Shown here: positions 39,141 to 48,585 of the stretch, in pieces
Position numbering within the stretch: the stretch's first letter is position 1
Layout: every line of letters begins with the position of its first letter
NCBI RefSeq assembly: GCF_041248615.1
Contig: NZ_CP158426.1
DNA length: 64,000 nt
Source: Escherichia coli
GTDB lineage: Bacteria > Pseudomonadota > Gammaproteobacteria > Enterobacterales > Enterobacteriaceae
Strand: one strand, 5' to 3'
The notes under the pieces: model-generated
Databases searched by the model: none
Seen by the model: the letters and a program-made list of their open reading frames with translations, nothing else
Told to the model about the DNA's origin: nothing
Position numbers and translations under genes: made by a program

Positions 39141-39316
39141 AGGTGTTTTCTCCTTTCTGATTTACAGTCGAAGCCCACGTAACGGGCGCAATATAAATAC
39201 TCCTGTCGAGTGAAATATTTTTTGTTTTTGATCAAGCTCACATCTTTTTTGATGCATGCATGAGCCATAAGGCGGGGGGAAAGACTCTCACCCCGGATGG
39301 GATGAGAGGAAATGAA

Positions 39317-40003
39317 TTACTCTTCGCTAAACCAGTCGCTGTTTTCCTGGCGGATCTGGCGCACGGATTCGCTGATTTCCTGCAAATGTTGCGTCATTGC
39401 ACGTTCTACCGCATCGCCATCACGTTTTTGCAGGGCAGAGAAAATATCAAGATGCTGGCGTAACAGCATTTCTGGTGGAGAAACGTGGTCGAAACTCATA
39501 TAGCGCACGCGATCAACGGTCGCTTTCAGGTTCTCAATGGTATCCCACGCCAGTTGACAGTCGGCAATCTGGGTCAGGAGTTGATGGAAGTTGTCATCAA
39601 GTTCAAAAAAATCATCCAGTTGCTTGCGCTCAATGGCAATGCGTTGCTGGTGAAGATTTTGTTCCAGTTGGTAGCACTGGCTTTCGGTAATCATGCTCGC
39701 CGCCCGACGCGCCACCGCGCACTCAATGGCCTGACGGATAAAACTGCCGTTGCGCACCTGGGCCATGGAAATTTTGTTGACGTAGCTGCCACGCTGCGGA
39801 CGAATTTGAATCAGGCCGTTTTCCGCCAGTTTAATAAAGGCTTCACGAACCGGCTGGCGTGACACATTGAAACGAACAGAAACTTCTTTTTCCGACAACG
39901 GTGTGCCTGGTGCAATCAGGCAATGGACAATGTCGCGACGAAGAATACGATAAATCTGCTGATTGACAGGCTGTGTGGGATTAAGTTGCGTTTCGACGGT
40001 CAT
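39317..40003 (-). CDS. ydfH: GntR/FadR-family transcriptional regulator (RspR), 228 aa
   Basis: Track ORF 228 aa with N-terminal GntR HTH and FCD domain. Confidence 0.9.
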
Positions 40004-40091
40004 TCGTTCTTGCTTGTGAGTGAGTTAACTGCATGAGTCTACCACTTTTTTGTGACAAGCAATAACCCGGCAGTTACGCCGGGTATAAAAA

Positions 40092-40838
40092 TTACTGACG
40101 GTGGACATTCAGTCCGGCATAGCTTTGGGTAACCGGCATCATTTCCAGGGTATTGATATTGACGTGAGCAGGCAGCGTTGACACCCACCAGACGGCTTCG
40201 CTGACATCTTCTGGCGTCAATGCAACGGTATTTTGATAGGTTTTTTCCGCTTTACCGTCATCGCCTTTAAAGCGGACATTGGAAAACTCGGTGCCACCCA
40301 CCAGACCCGGCTCGATGTCGGTGACGCGCACCGCCGTACCATGCAGGTCCGTACGCAGATTCAGGCTAAACTGACGAACAAACGCTTTCGTCGCACCGTA
40401 AACGTTACCACCGGCATACGGCCAGCTGCCTGCCGTTGAGCCAATGTTAATAATATGACCATGATTACGTTCAACCATACCCGGTAAGACGGCGCGCGTC
40501 ATATATACCAGGCCTTTGTTGTTGGTATCAATCATCGTTTCCCAGTCTTCAACGCTGGCTTTATGCGCAGGCTCCATGCCCAACGCCAGACCGGCATTAT
40601 TTACCAGGATATCAATATTGCACCACTCGGCAGGAAGCGATGCCAGCATCTCTTCAATAGCGGCGCGGTTGCGAACGTCCAGTTGGGCGATATACAGATT
40701 ATCTCCCAGTTCGTCTTTTAACTCCTGCAACCGCTCCTGGCGACGGCCAGTGGCGATAACTTTATGCCCTTGTTGAATAAAACGACGAGTAATGCATTCA
40801 CCAAAACCTGCCGTTGCTCCAGTTACTAAAACGATCAT
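40092..40838 (-). CDS. ydfG: NADP-dependent 3-hydroxy acid dehydrogenase (SDR), 248 aa
   Basis: Track ORF 253 aa; start placed at MIVLVTGATAGFG (complement ATG 40836-40838). Confidence 0.9.
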   Translation of the reverse strand: MIVLVTGATAGFGECITRRFIQQGHKVIATGRRQERLQELKDELGDNLYIAQLDVRNRAAIEEMLASLPAEWCNIDILVNNAGLALGMEPAHKASVEDWETMIDTNNKGLVYMTRAVLPGMVERNHGHIINIGSTAGSWPYAGGNVYGATKAFVRQFSLNLRTDLHGTAVRVTDIEPGLVGGTEFSNVRFKGDDGKAEKTYQNTVALTPEDVSEAVWWVSTLPAHVNINTLEMMPVTQSYAGLNVHRQ

Positions 40839-40974
40839 CTCACTGTTCCTCAACGCTTTTGTGTGTCAATAACATAGCACGTGATGCTTAAGAGCGGGTA
40901 ATACTGGTTTGCAAGATTGCACTCCGTTATCAGTAAGCCTACGCTATGGAACACCTCGCGTTCAGGAGAAGAAA

Positions 40975-43020
40975 ATGACAACAATGAATCCTTTCCTTGT
41001 GCAAAGCACACTGCCGTATCTGGCTCCCCATTTTGATCAAATTTCCAATCATCACTATCGCCCGGCATTCGATGAGGGAATGCTGCAAAAGCGGGCAGAA
41101 ATTACTGCCATCGCGCTTAACCCGCAAACGCCTGATTTCAACAATACTATTCTGGCACTGGAACAAAGCGGAGAATTACTTACCCGCGTTACCAGCGTCT
41201 TTTTTGCGATGACTGCGGCGCATACCAATGATGAATTACAGCGTCTTGATGAACAGTTTTCCGCTGAACTGGCGGAACTGGCTAATGATATCTATCTGAA
41301 CGGTGAATTATTCGCGCGGGTAGATGCTGTCTGGCAACGCCGTGAATCCCTGGGGCTTGATAGTGAATCCATCCGCCTGGTGGAGGTGATTCATCAACGT
41401 TTTGTCCTTGCCGGAGCCAAACTTGCGCAAGCTGATAAAGCAAAATTAAAAGTACTGAATACAGAAGCTGCGACCCTGACCAGCCAGTTTAACCAGCGGT
41501 TACTGGCAGCAAATAAATCCGGCGGTCTGGTTGTGAACGATATCGCGCAGCTGGCAGGAATGAGTGAACAAGAGATAGCGCTGGCGGCAGAGGCGGCTCG
41601 CGAGAAAGGTCTGGATAACAAATGGCTGATTCCGCTGCTGAATACCACCCAGCAACCAGCGCTTGCTGAACTGCGCGATCGCGCGACGCGTGAAAAACTG
41701 TTCACTGCGGGCTGGACGCGAGCGGAAAAAAATGATGCCAATGATACCCGCGCTATCATTCAACGTCTGGTGGAGATCCGTGCGCAGCAGGCGAAACTGC
41801 TTGGTTTTCCTCATTATGCCGCATGGAAAATCGCCGATCAGATGGCAAAAACACCTGAAGCAGCACTCAACTTTATGCGGGAAATTGTTCCAGCGGCGCG
41901 TCAACGTGCGAGCGATGAATTAGCCTCCATACAGGCGGTTATCGATAAGCAGCAAGGCGGGTTTAGCGCGCAGCCGTGGGACTGGGCATTTTATGCCGAA
42001 CAGGTACGGCGGGAAAAATTTGATCTTGATGAGGTGCAGCTCAAGCCATATTTTGAATTAAACACGGTGTTGAATGAAGGTGTATTCTGGACCGCGAATC
42101 AGCTCTTCGGTATTAAGTTTGTCGAACGTTTTGATATTCCTGTCTACCATCCTGACGTTCGTGTGTGGGAAATTTTTGATCATAATGGCGTGGGGCTGGC
42201 GTTATTTTACGGTGATTTCTTCGCCCGTGATTCAAAAAGCGGCGGTGCATGGATGGGCAATTTTGTTGAGCAATCAACGCTTAATGAAACGCACCCGGTA
42301 ATTTATAACGTTTGCAATTATCAGAAACCCGCTGCCGGTGAGCCTGCGTTGTTACTCTGGGATGATGTCATAACCTTATTCCATGAATTTGGTCATACGC
42401 TGCACGGCCTCTTTGCCCGCCAGCGTTATGCCACGCTTTCCGGCACCAACACGCCGCGTGATTTTGTCGAATTTCCGTCGCAAATCAACGAACACTGGGC
42501 AACGCATCCGCAGGTATTCGCTCGCTACGCCCGGCATTATCAGAGCGGGGCAGCAATGCCTGACGAACTGCAACAGAAAATGCGTAATGCCAGCCTGTTC
42601 AATAAAGGGTATGAGATGAGCGAACTGCTTAGCGCCGCACTTCTCGATATGCGCTGGCATTGCCTGGAAGAAAACGAAGCAATGCAGGATGTCGATGATT
42701 TCGAATTGCGGGCGCTGGTGGCAGAAAATATGGATCTTCCCGCTATACCGCCACGCTATCGCAGCAGTTATTTCGCCCATATTTTTGGTGGCGGATATGC
42801 CGCAGGTTATTACGCTTATCTGTGGACGCAAATGTTGGCCGATGATGGTTACCAGTGGTTTGTTGAGCAGGGCGGATTAAAGCGTGAAAATGGGCTGCGT
42901 TTTCGCGAGGCGATCCTTTCCAGAGGTAACAGCGAGGATCTGGAACGCCTGTATCGACAATGGCGCGGTAAGGCACCTCAGATTATGCCGATGCTGCAAC
43001 ATCGTGGCTTGAACGTATAA
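40975..43020 (+). CDS. dcp: Dipeptidyl carboxypeptidase II (M3 family), 681 aa
   Basis: Track ORF 703 aa; start placed at MTTMNPFLVQ (ATG 40975) with AGGAGAAG RBS; HEFGH zinc motif present. Confidence 0.93.
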   Translation: MTTMNPFLVQSTLPYLAPHFDQISNHHYRPAFDEGMLQKRAEITAIALNPQTPDFNNTILALEQSGELLTRVTSVFFAMTAAHTNDELQRLDEQFSAELAELANDIYLNGELFARVDAVWQRRESLGLDSESIRLVEVIHQRFVLAGAKLAQADKAKLKVLNTEAATLTSQFNQRLLAANKSGGLVVNDIAQLAGMSEQEIALAAEAAREKGLDNKWLIPLLNTTQQPALAELRDRATREKLFTAGWTRAEKNDANDTRAIIQRLVEIRAQQAKLLGFPHYAAWKIADQMAKTPEAALNFMREIVPAARQRASDELASIQAVIDKQQGGFSAQPWDWAFYAEQVRREKFDLDEVQLKPYFELNTVLNEGVFWTANQLFGIKFVERFDIPVYHPDVRVWEIFDHNGVGLALFYGDFFARDSKSGGAWMGNFVEQSTLNETHPVIYNVCNYQKPAAGEPALLLWDDVITLFHEFGHTLHGLFARQRYATLSGTNTPRDFVEFPSQINEHWATHPQVFARYARHYQSGAAMPDELQQKMRNASLFNKGYEMSELLSAALLDMRWHCLEENEAMQDVDDFELRALVAENMDLPAIPPRYRSSYFAHIFGGGYAAGYYAYLWTQMLADDGYQWFVEQGGLKRENGLRFREAILSRGNSEDLERLYRQWRGKAPQIMPMLQHRGLNV

Positions 43021-43031
43021 ACACCACCAAT

Positions 43032-43061
43032 GGCTGGCCTGGAGAAATCGCCAGGCCAGCC
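43032..43061 (+). terminator. Strong hairpin 12 nt after dcp stop (terminator-like, no U-tract)
   Basis: Perfect 11-bp stem GGCTGGCCTGG/CCAGGCCAGCC with 8-nt loop. Confidence 0.4.
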
Positions 43062-43384
43062 TGGTTAGAGCAGTAATTGCAGCAGCTGGGCGAGGGCAAA
43101 CCTCACCGCTAATGCTAATACCGTTTCGCAGTCGCCAGCAAAATTACTTTTTTTGTATACCCTTCCGTTATAATAATTTTCAAATTTATAAATCTGATTG
43201 TTCTGAAATATGTTTAAGACTCTTTAATCTTCTTCTTACTTTAGTGAGTAAAATTCTCTGAATATTTGACAGCTAGTTGCCTGATTTTAAATGCCTTATA
43301 ACAATTGGCAGTATTCTTATTTGTCAATTATAAAAATAGCAACCAGACTTAATAAGTCAAACCAAACGCAATTAAGGAGTCAGT

Positions 43385-43777
43385 ATGAAATTTCAGGCCA
43401 TTGTATTAGCAAGTTTTCTTGTCATGCCTTATGCGTTGGCAGATGACCAGGGCGGATTAAAACAGGATGCAGCGCCACCGCCGCCTCATGCAATAGAAGA
43501 TGGCTATCGCGGAACCGATGATGCAAAAAAAATGACCGTTGATTTCGCAAAAACCATGCATGATGGCGCTTCGGTTTCACTACGCGGTAATTTGATTTCT
43601 CACAAAGGAGAGGACCGTTACGTTTTTCGCGATAAGAGCGGTGAAATTAATGTTGTTATTCCTGCGGCAGTCTTTGATGGACGAGAAGTTCAGCCGGACC
43701 AGATGATCAACATTAGCGGCAGTCTGGATAAGAAAAGCGCGCCGGCCGTCGTTCGGGTCACTCATTTGCAGAAATAA
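43385..43777 (+). CDS. ydeI: Periplasmic OB-fold stress-resistance protein, 130 aa
   Basis: Track ORF 130 aa with signal peptide [19 protein letters not shown]; AAGGAG RBS. Confidence 0.85.
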
Positions 43778-44031
43778 AAATAAATTAGCCTGATGGCCTG
43801 AACTACTGGGCCATTAGGGTATTGGGTTATGCTATTTGTCATCCTTTTAATTGCGATAATGCAGGCTTAATTTACAGAATTAAACACTTTTTTATCTGCT
43901 GATTTTGTTTCAAATCACAATGTTATCTCAGAGATGACTCATAACTTCGGATTTCTATGAAAATATTGACGTAATTTTGCTTTTCTCCCGTTAGAATAGC
44001 GCGCACAAGGAACTGTGAAAAAGGAGTGGCA

Positions 44032-44943
44032 ATGATCAAGAAGACAACGGAAATTGATGCCATCTTGTTAAATCTCAATAAGGCTATCGATGCCCACTAC
44101 CAGTGGCTGGTAAGTATGTTTCACAGCGTGGTCGCGAGAGATGCCAGTAAGCCAGAAATAACGGATAACCATTCTTATGGACTGTGCCAGTTTGGTCGGT
44201 GGATTGATCATCTGGGGCCACTCGATAACGATGAATTACCTTATGTTCGGCTAATGGATTCTGCCCATCAACATATGCATAACTGTGGTCGGGAATTAAT
44301 GTTGGCTATTGTTGAAAATCACTGGCAGGACGCGCATTTCGACGCCTTTCAGGAAGGGTTGCTTTCTTTTACTGCGGCATTAACCGATTACAAAATTTAT
44401 TTGCTGACGATCCGTAGCAATATGGATGTTTTGACGGGATTGCCGGGTCGTCGGGTTCTTGATGAATCCTTTGATCATCAGTTACGCAACGCTGAGCCTC
44501 TGAATCTTTATTTAATGTTGTTGGATATTGACCGATTTAAATTGGTTAATGATACCTACGGGCATTTAATCGGCGATGTAGTATTACGCACCCTGGCAAC
44601 TTACTTAGCCAGTTGGACGCGCGATTACGAAACGGTTTATCGCTACGGTGGCGAAGAATTTATCATTATTGTCAAAGCGGCTAATGATGAAGAAGCATGT
44701 CGTGCAGGTATCAGAATTTGCCAGTTAGTCGATAACCATGCCATCACACATTCTGAAGGGCATATCAACATTACCGTGACAGCAGGTGTCAGTCGCGCAT
44801 TTCCTGAAGAGCCTCTGGATGTGGTCATTGGAAGAGCAGACCGGGCAATGTATGAGGGTAAGCAAACCGGAAGAAATCGCTGCATGTTTATTGACGAACA
44901 AAATGTGATTAACCGAGTTTCAGCTCCGTTTAACATTCATTGA
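44032..44943 (+). CDS. dgcZ: Zinc-sensing diguanylate cyclase DgcZ (GGDEF), 296 aa
   Basis: Track ORF 305 aa; start placed at MIKKTTEID (ATG 44032) with AAGGAG RBS; RYGGEEF active-site motif. Confidence 0.9.
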   Translation: MIKKTTEIDAILLNLNKAIDAHYQWLVSMFHSVVARDASKPEITDNHSYGLCQFGRWIDHLGPLDNDELPYVRLMDSAHQHMHNCGRELMLAIVENHWQDAHFDAFQEGLLSFTAALTDYKIYLLTIRSNMDVLTGLPGRRVLDESFDHQLRNAEPLNLYLMLLDIDRFKLVNDTYGHLIGDVVLRTLATYLASWTRDYETVYRYGGEEFIIIVKAANDEEACRAGIRICQLVDNHAITHSEGHINITVTAGVSRAFPEEPLDVVIGRADRAMYEGKQTGRNRCMFIDEQNVINRVSAPFNIH

Positions 44944-44967
44944 GAAAACTGATGCTACTGTGTCAAC

Positions 44968-45065
44968 GATCCGTTATCAGTGCAGGAAAATGCCTGTTAG
45001 CGTAAAAGCAAAACACAAATCTATCCATGCAAGCATTCACCGCCGGTTTACTGGCGGTTTTTTTT
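44968..45065 (+). ncRNA. mgrR: Candidate PhoP-dependent small RNA MgrR (~98 nt)
   Basis: Intrinsic terminator (CCGCCGG/CTGGCGG stem + T8) ends at 45065; PhoP-box-like CGTTTA-N5-CATTGA at 44927-44943 and -10-like TACTGT place a TSS near 44968, giving ~98 nt; adjacent to mgtS as I recall for K-12. Confidence 0.55.
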
Positions 45066-45140
45066 CGCCGTCATAAAAATCAGGCCCCTTGTACACAACT
45101 GTAACAAGGGGCCGGTTAGGTGAGGGATTATCTCCGTTCA

Positions 45141-45236
45141 TTAGTCATCCCATTTGTGGCTGAAATACGCGGCCAGAAAACCAGAAAATAAAATTATTCC
45201 CAGTACGGCCATAAAAACATTCATATTACCCAGCAT
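45141..45236 (-). CDS. mgtS: Small membrane protein MgtS (YneM), 31 aa
   Basis: Manual translation MLGNMNVFMAVLGIILFSGFLAAYFSHKWDD with GGAGGG RBS upstream; matches recalled MgtS sequence. Confidence 0.7.
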   Translation of the reverse strand: MLGNMNVFMAVLGIILFSGFLAAYFSHKWDD

Positions 45237-45362
45237 TATTTCCCTCCGTTTATGGTGTGGTGTGTTTCCTCGCTTACCTTAATTTTCATCTCAATGAGAA
45301 AGATATTAGCAGAGGTAACCTAAACGAAGGATGAATTAAATCTTTATTGTGTTCGACTTAAA

Positions 45363-46550
45363 TCAACAAAGCGCGGGCTGCCCCCACGGTCTTGCACGAA
45401 TTCCTTTTAACATCAGCACCCACGCAGCAATGATCACCAACGCTAAGATGATAAACAGCGAGAAAGGCGGCAGACTGGTAAGCACTATGCCACTCACTAA
45501 TGGGTTAATCGCCGCACCAAGCCAGCCTAAAGACTGAGCGGAAAAATAGCTGGCTTTCATTCCTGGCGGCGCAATATGGTCAATCAACATATACTCGCCC
45601 GGCGCATAAATGATTTCACCGACAGTAAATACCGCAGCTGACATACCCCACAATAGCAGGCTGTTGCCGGAAAAAATAAAACCAACCAGACCGATGACGA
45701 AACAGAGGGTGCCTGCTGTCATCAGCGCGCGGATGTTAGCCGGGTTAAGTCGGCGTCCCACGGAATATTGCAACGTAACTACCATGGCAGCATTAACCGG
45801 AAGAACAACCGCAACCACCTTTTCGGCAAAATCACCATCAGCAATCACCATCACATATTGTGAAATGCATGAAGCAAATGCGCCGCTAACAAAGGAAGCC
45901 AGAAAACCAGAGCAGGTAAACCACAACAGTGCTTTATCTTGTAATAAAACTTTCGGCGACCAGACACTGCCTGTTTCCGTGGCGATGATTTTCTCGCTGC
46001 GCTTTACCCAAATTTGAATGAAAAGCATGGGAAACGCGGAACAGATAGCTGCCAGCCAGAAGGGCAGATTGATGCTCTGCATCACCAACAGCGTGCCGAG
46101 CGGCGGACCGATGGTCCAGCCAATGTTTAGCATGGTGTAGTTGATTGAGAAGATTTTCGTTTTGCTGGTGGACGAAAGATTGTCGGCAAACCAGGCTTTC
46201 AACACGGTAGCAAAAACGGAATAGGCGCAGTTAATAAGGGCAAAAAAGAGCACCACCAGCGTCACGTTATTCACTAAAGGAATGGCAATAAAACCACTGG
46301 CGAAGGCGGTAATTGCCAGTAACATATAGCGTTTCTTGTCGAACTTATCCGCCAGGATACCAAAACCGAGGCTAAAAACGACGCCAATAGTGAGCGCAAT
46401 TGTCATCGCATAACCGATTAGATTGACACTCAGGTTGTACTGGCGACTCAAGTAAATGGTCATAAACGGCAGCGTAGCGCCGCGTCCGATGGTTAATAAC
46501 AACGACGAGGTAAGAAGGGCGCTGGTAGAGCGTCGTAGGGATAAGTTCAT
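45363..46550 (-). CDS. ydeE: MFS transporter, 395 aa
   Basis: Track ORF 395 aa, 12-TM MFS. Confidence 0.88.
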   Translation of the reverse strand: MNLSLRRSTSALLTSSLLLTIGRGATLPFMTIYLSRQYNLSVNLIGYAMTIALTIGVVFSLGFGILADKFDKKRYMLLAITAFASGFIAIPLVNNVTLVVLFFALINCAYSVFATVLKAWFADNLSSTSKTKIFSINYTMLNIGWTIGPPLGTLLVMQSINLPFWLAAICSAFPMLFIQIWVKRSEKIIATETGSVWSPKVLLQDKALLWFTCSGFLASFVSGAFASCISQYVMVIADGDFAEKVVAVVLPVNAAMVVTLQYSVGRRLNPANIRALMTAGTLCFVIGLVGFIFSGNSLLLWGMSAAVFTVGEIIYAPGEYMLIDHIAPPGMKASYFSAQSLGWLGAAINPLVSGIVLTSLPPFSLFIILALVIIAAWVLMLKGIRARPWGQPALC

Positions 46551-46744
46551 TTGTCTGTCCGGCAGTGCGTTTCGTTATGTTTTGTTTTAGAGATGTAAAG
46601 AAATAGCATGGCAAAAATCCGAAGTATAGCGACTTATTTGCGCATTAATGCCGTCGTAATCGGCGACTAACGAATCAACTGTTAAAGAAAAGTAAATTCA
46701 GCTAAGTTGATTGCTTACAAAAGATGAAATTCAGAGGCGGTAGA

Positions 46745-47644
46745 ATGTCGCGAAAAGATGGGGTGTTGGCGCTACTGGTAGTGGTCGTATGGGGGCTAAA
46801 TTTTGTGGTCATCAAAGTGGGGCTTCATAACATGCCACCGCTGATGTTGGCCGGTTTGCGCTTTATGCTGGTTGCTTTTCCGGCTATCTTTTTTGTCGCA
46901 CGACCGAAAGTACCACTGAATTTGCTGCTGGGGTATGGATTAACCATCAGTTTTGCGCAGTTTGCTTTTCTTTTTTGTGCCATTAACTTCGGTATGCCTG
47001 CTGGACTGGCTTCGCTGGTGTTACAGGCACAGGCGTTTTTTACTATCGTGCTTGGCGCGTTTACTTTCGGTGAGCGACTGCATGGCAAACAATTGGCGGG
47101 GATCGCCTTAGCGATTTTTGGCGTACTGGTGTTAATCGAAGATAGTCTGAACGGTCAGCATGTGGCGATGCTCGGCTTTATGTTGACCCTGGCGGCAGCA
47201 TTTAGTTGGGCGTGTGGCAACATCTTCAATAAAAAGATCATGTCGCACTCAACGCGTCCGGCGGTGATGTCGCTGGTAATCTGGAGCGCTTTAATCCCAA
47301 TCATTCCCTTCTTTGTTGCCTCGCTGATTCTCGATGGTTCCGCAACCATGATTCACAGTCTGGTTACTATCGATATGACCACCATCTTGTCTCTGATGTA
47401 TCTGGCGTTTGTGGCGACAATTGTTGGTTATGGGATCTGGGGGACGTTACTGGGACGCTATGAAACCTGGCGGGTTGCACCGTTATCGTTACTGGTGCCC
47501 GTAGTAGGACTGGCAAGTGCGGCACTATTGTTGGATGAACGCTTAACGGGTCTACAATTTTTCGGGGCGGTGCTCATTATGACCGGGCTGTATATCAATG
47601 TATTTGGCTTGCGGTGGCGTAAAGCGGTAAAGGTTAGAGGCTAA
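46745..47644 (+). CDS. eamA: Cysteine/O-acetylserine exporter (DMT family), 299 aa
   Basis: Track ORF 306 aa; start placed at MSRKDGVLALLVVVVWG (ATG 46745). Confidence 0.9.
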   Translation: MSRKDGVLALLVVVVWGLNFVVIKVGLHNMPPLMLAGLRFMLVAFPAIFFVARPKVPLNLLLGYGLTISFAQFAFLFCAINFGMPAGLASLVLQAQAFFTIVLGAFTFGERLHGKQLAGIALAIFGVLVLIEDSLNGQHVAMLGFMLTLAAAFSWACGNIFNKKIMSHSTRPAVMSLVIWSALIPIIPFFVASLILDGSATMIHSLVTIDMTTILSLMYLAFVATIVGYGIWGTLLGRYETWRVAPLSLLVPVVGLASAALLLDERLTGLQFFGAVLIMTGLYINVFGLRWRKAVKVRG

Positions 47645-47649
47645 ACCAT

Positions 47650-47693
47650 ACGCACAGAATGTGATGTCAGCACTCTGTGCGTCTGCTTTTATC
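47650..47693 (+). terminator. Rho-independent terminator of eamA; island-side regulator stop codon lies inside its T-tract
   Basis: Stem CGCACAGA/TCTGTGCG with 15-nt loop followed by TCTGCTTTTATC. Confidence 0.6.
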
Positions 47694-48387
47694 GCGGGAA
47701 AAAGTACTTTACCTGGAACTCGAAAATATTGCTGTAAAGTAACGAATAATCCAGCGGAATAGAGTTACTGTCCACAGCCTGGGTCTGAATTTTAAGTATG
47801 GGATCCCGTGGGCTGATCCGTAAAATACTGGCGATTTCTGGGGTAGGAAAAGTAGGGGAGAAAGTTTCAAAGGTGCCAATGATTTTGATCCCGCATTCGT
47901 TCTCAATATACGAAAATTTGGATTTTTGCATATGTGCTACGGTTAAATCAGGAAAACGTGCCACTGACATCCACGTTTCTTCTAATTGTGCTGCATTATC
48001 CTCAATGAATCGCAGTCTCTTTATGTAATAAACCTGCTCACCAGTCACTAAATTCAGCTCAGTCGCAATAGGGGGAGAAGCATCCTGCACTTCAAATTTC
48101 ATAATCTGACTTCCTGCCTCCTTGCCGCTTTTATGCGCAATTTCACTGAAGCTGTTCATGTGATCAATGTGTGCAACAAAATTCTTTTTTTGAATATATG
48201 TTCCTGAACCATGCTTTCTATGAATAATTCCTTCGCCTTCCAGCAAGGATAATGCCTTACGCAGGGTATTACGCGAAACATTATAACGAACAGCGAGTTC
48301 AGCTTCTGACGGCAACAAATCACCAACATGCCATGAATAGCCATTGATCTCGGATTTAAGTAAGCGGGCAATCTTTTGAAAAATCAC
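47689..48387 (-). CDS. GntR/HutC-family transcriptional regulator with UTRA effector domain, 232 aa (bgcR-like), GTG start
   Basis: Track ORF 232 aa; N-terminal GntR HTH (LPSEAELAVRYNVSRNTLRKALSLLEGEGII) ; divergent from the PTS operon. Confidence 0.85.
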   Translation of the reverse strand: MIFQKIARLLKSEINGYSWHVGDLLPSEAELAVRYNVSRNTLRKALSLLEGEGIIHRKHGSGTYIQKKNFVAHIDHMNSFSEIAHKSGKEAGSQIMKFEVQDASPPIATELNLVTGEQVYYIKRLRFIEDNAAQLEETWMSVARFPDLTVAHMQKSKFSYIENECGIKIIGTFETFSPTFPTPEIASILRISPRDPILKIQTQAVDSNSIPLDYSLLYSNIFEFQVKYFFPR

Positions 48388-48502
48388 TTTTGCACCTTTT
48401 AAGAGCCATTGAAAACAAGGAGTTGAGTCCTGATTGGTTTATCGTATGGTCGAGTCGTTTAATTATCACCCTGATGTTGAACAACTTTAGTGCTGTATTA
48501 CT

Positions 48503-48518
48503 GTGATCAATGTACCAG
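48503..48518. promoter_or_regulatory. Candidate CRP site in the PTS operon promoter
   Basis: TGTGA-TCAATG-TACCA (8/10 to TGTGA-N6-TCACA); a TATGAT -10-like hexamer at 48539-48544 would place it near -41.5. Confidence 0.3.
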
Positions 48519-48560
48519 GACGTATAGCTACTGCGGGATATGATATTTACACAATGTAAT

Positions 48561-48574
48561 CTGTTATATACCAG
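48561..48574. promoter_or_regulatory. Candidate HutC-type operator (imperfect palindrome) immediately upstream of EIIB RBS
   Basis: CTGTTATATACCAG resembles GT-N-TA-N-AC style HutC-family operators; overlaps predicted 5' UTR. Confidence 0.25.
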
Positions 48575-48585
48575 TAAGGGAAAAT

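Noticed and set aside
39141-39316. Looked for an FNR site upstream of ydfZ
   Set aside because: Only partial TTGAT-like half-sites (TTGATCAA, TTGATGCAT) without a convincing TTGAT-N4-ATCAA palindrome; not reported as a feature.
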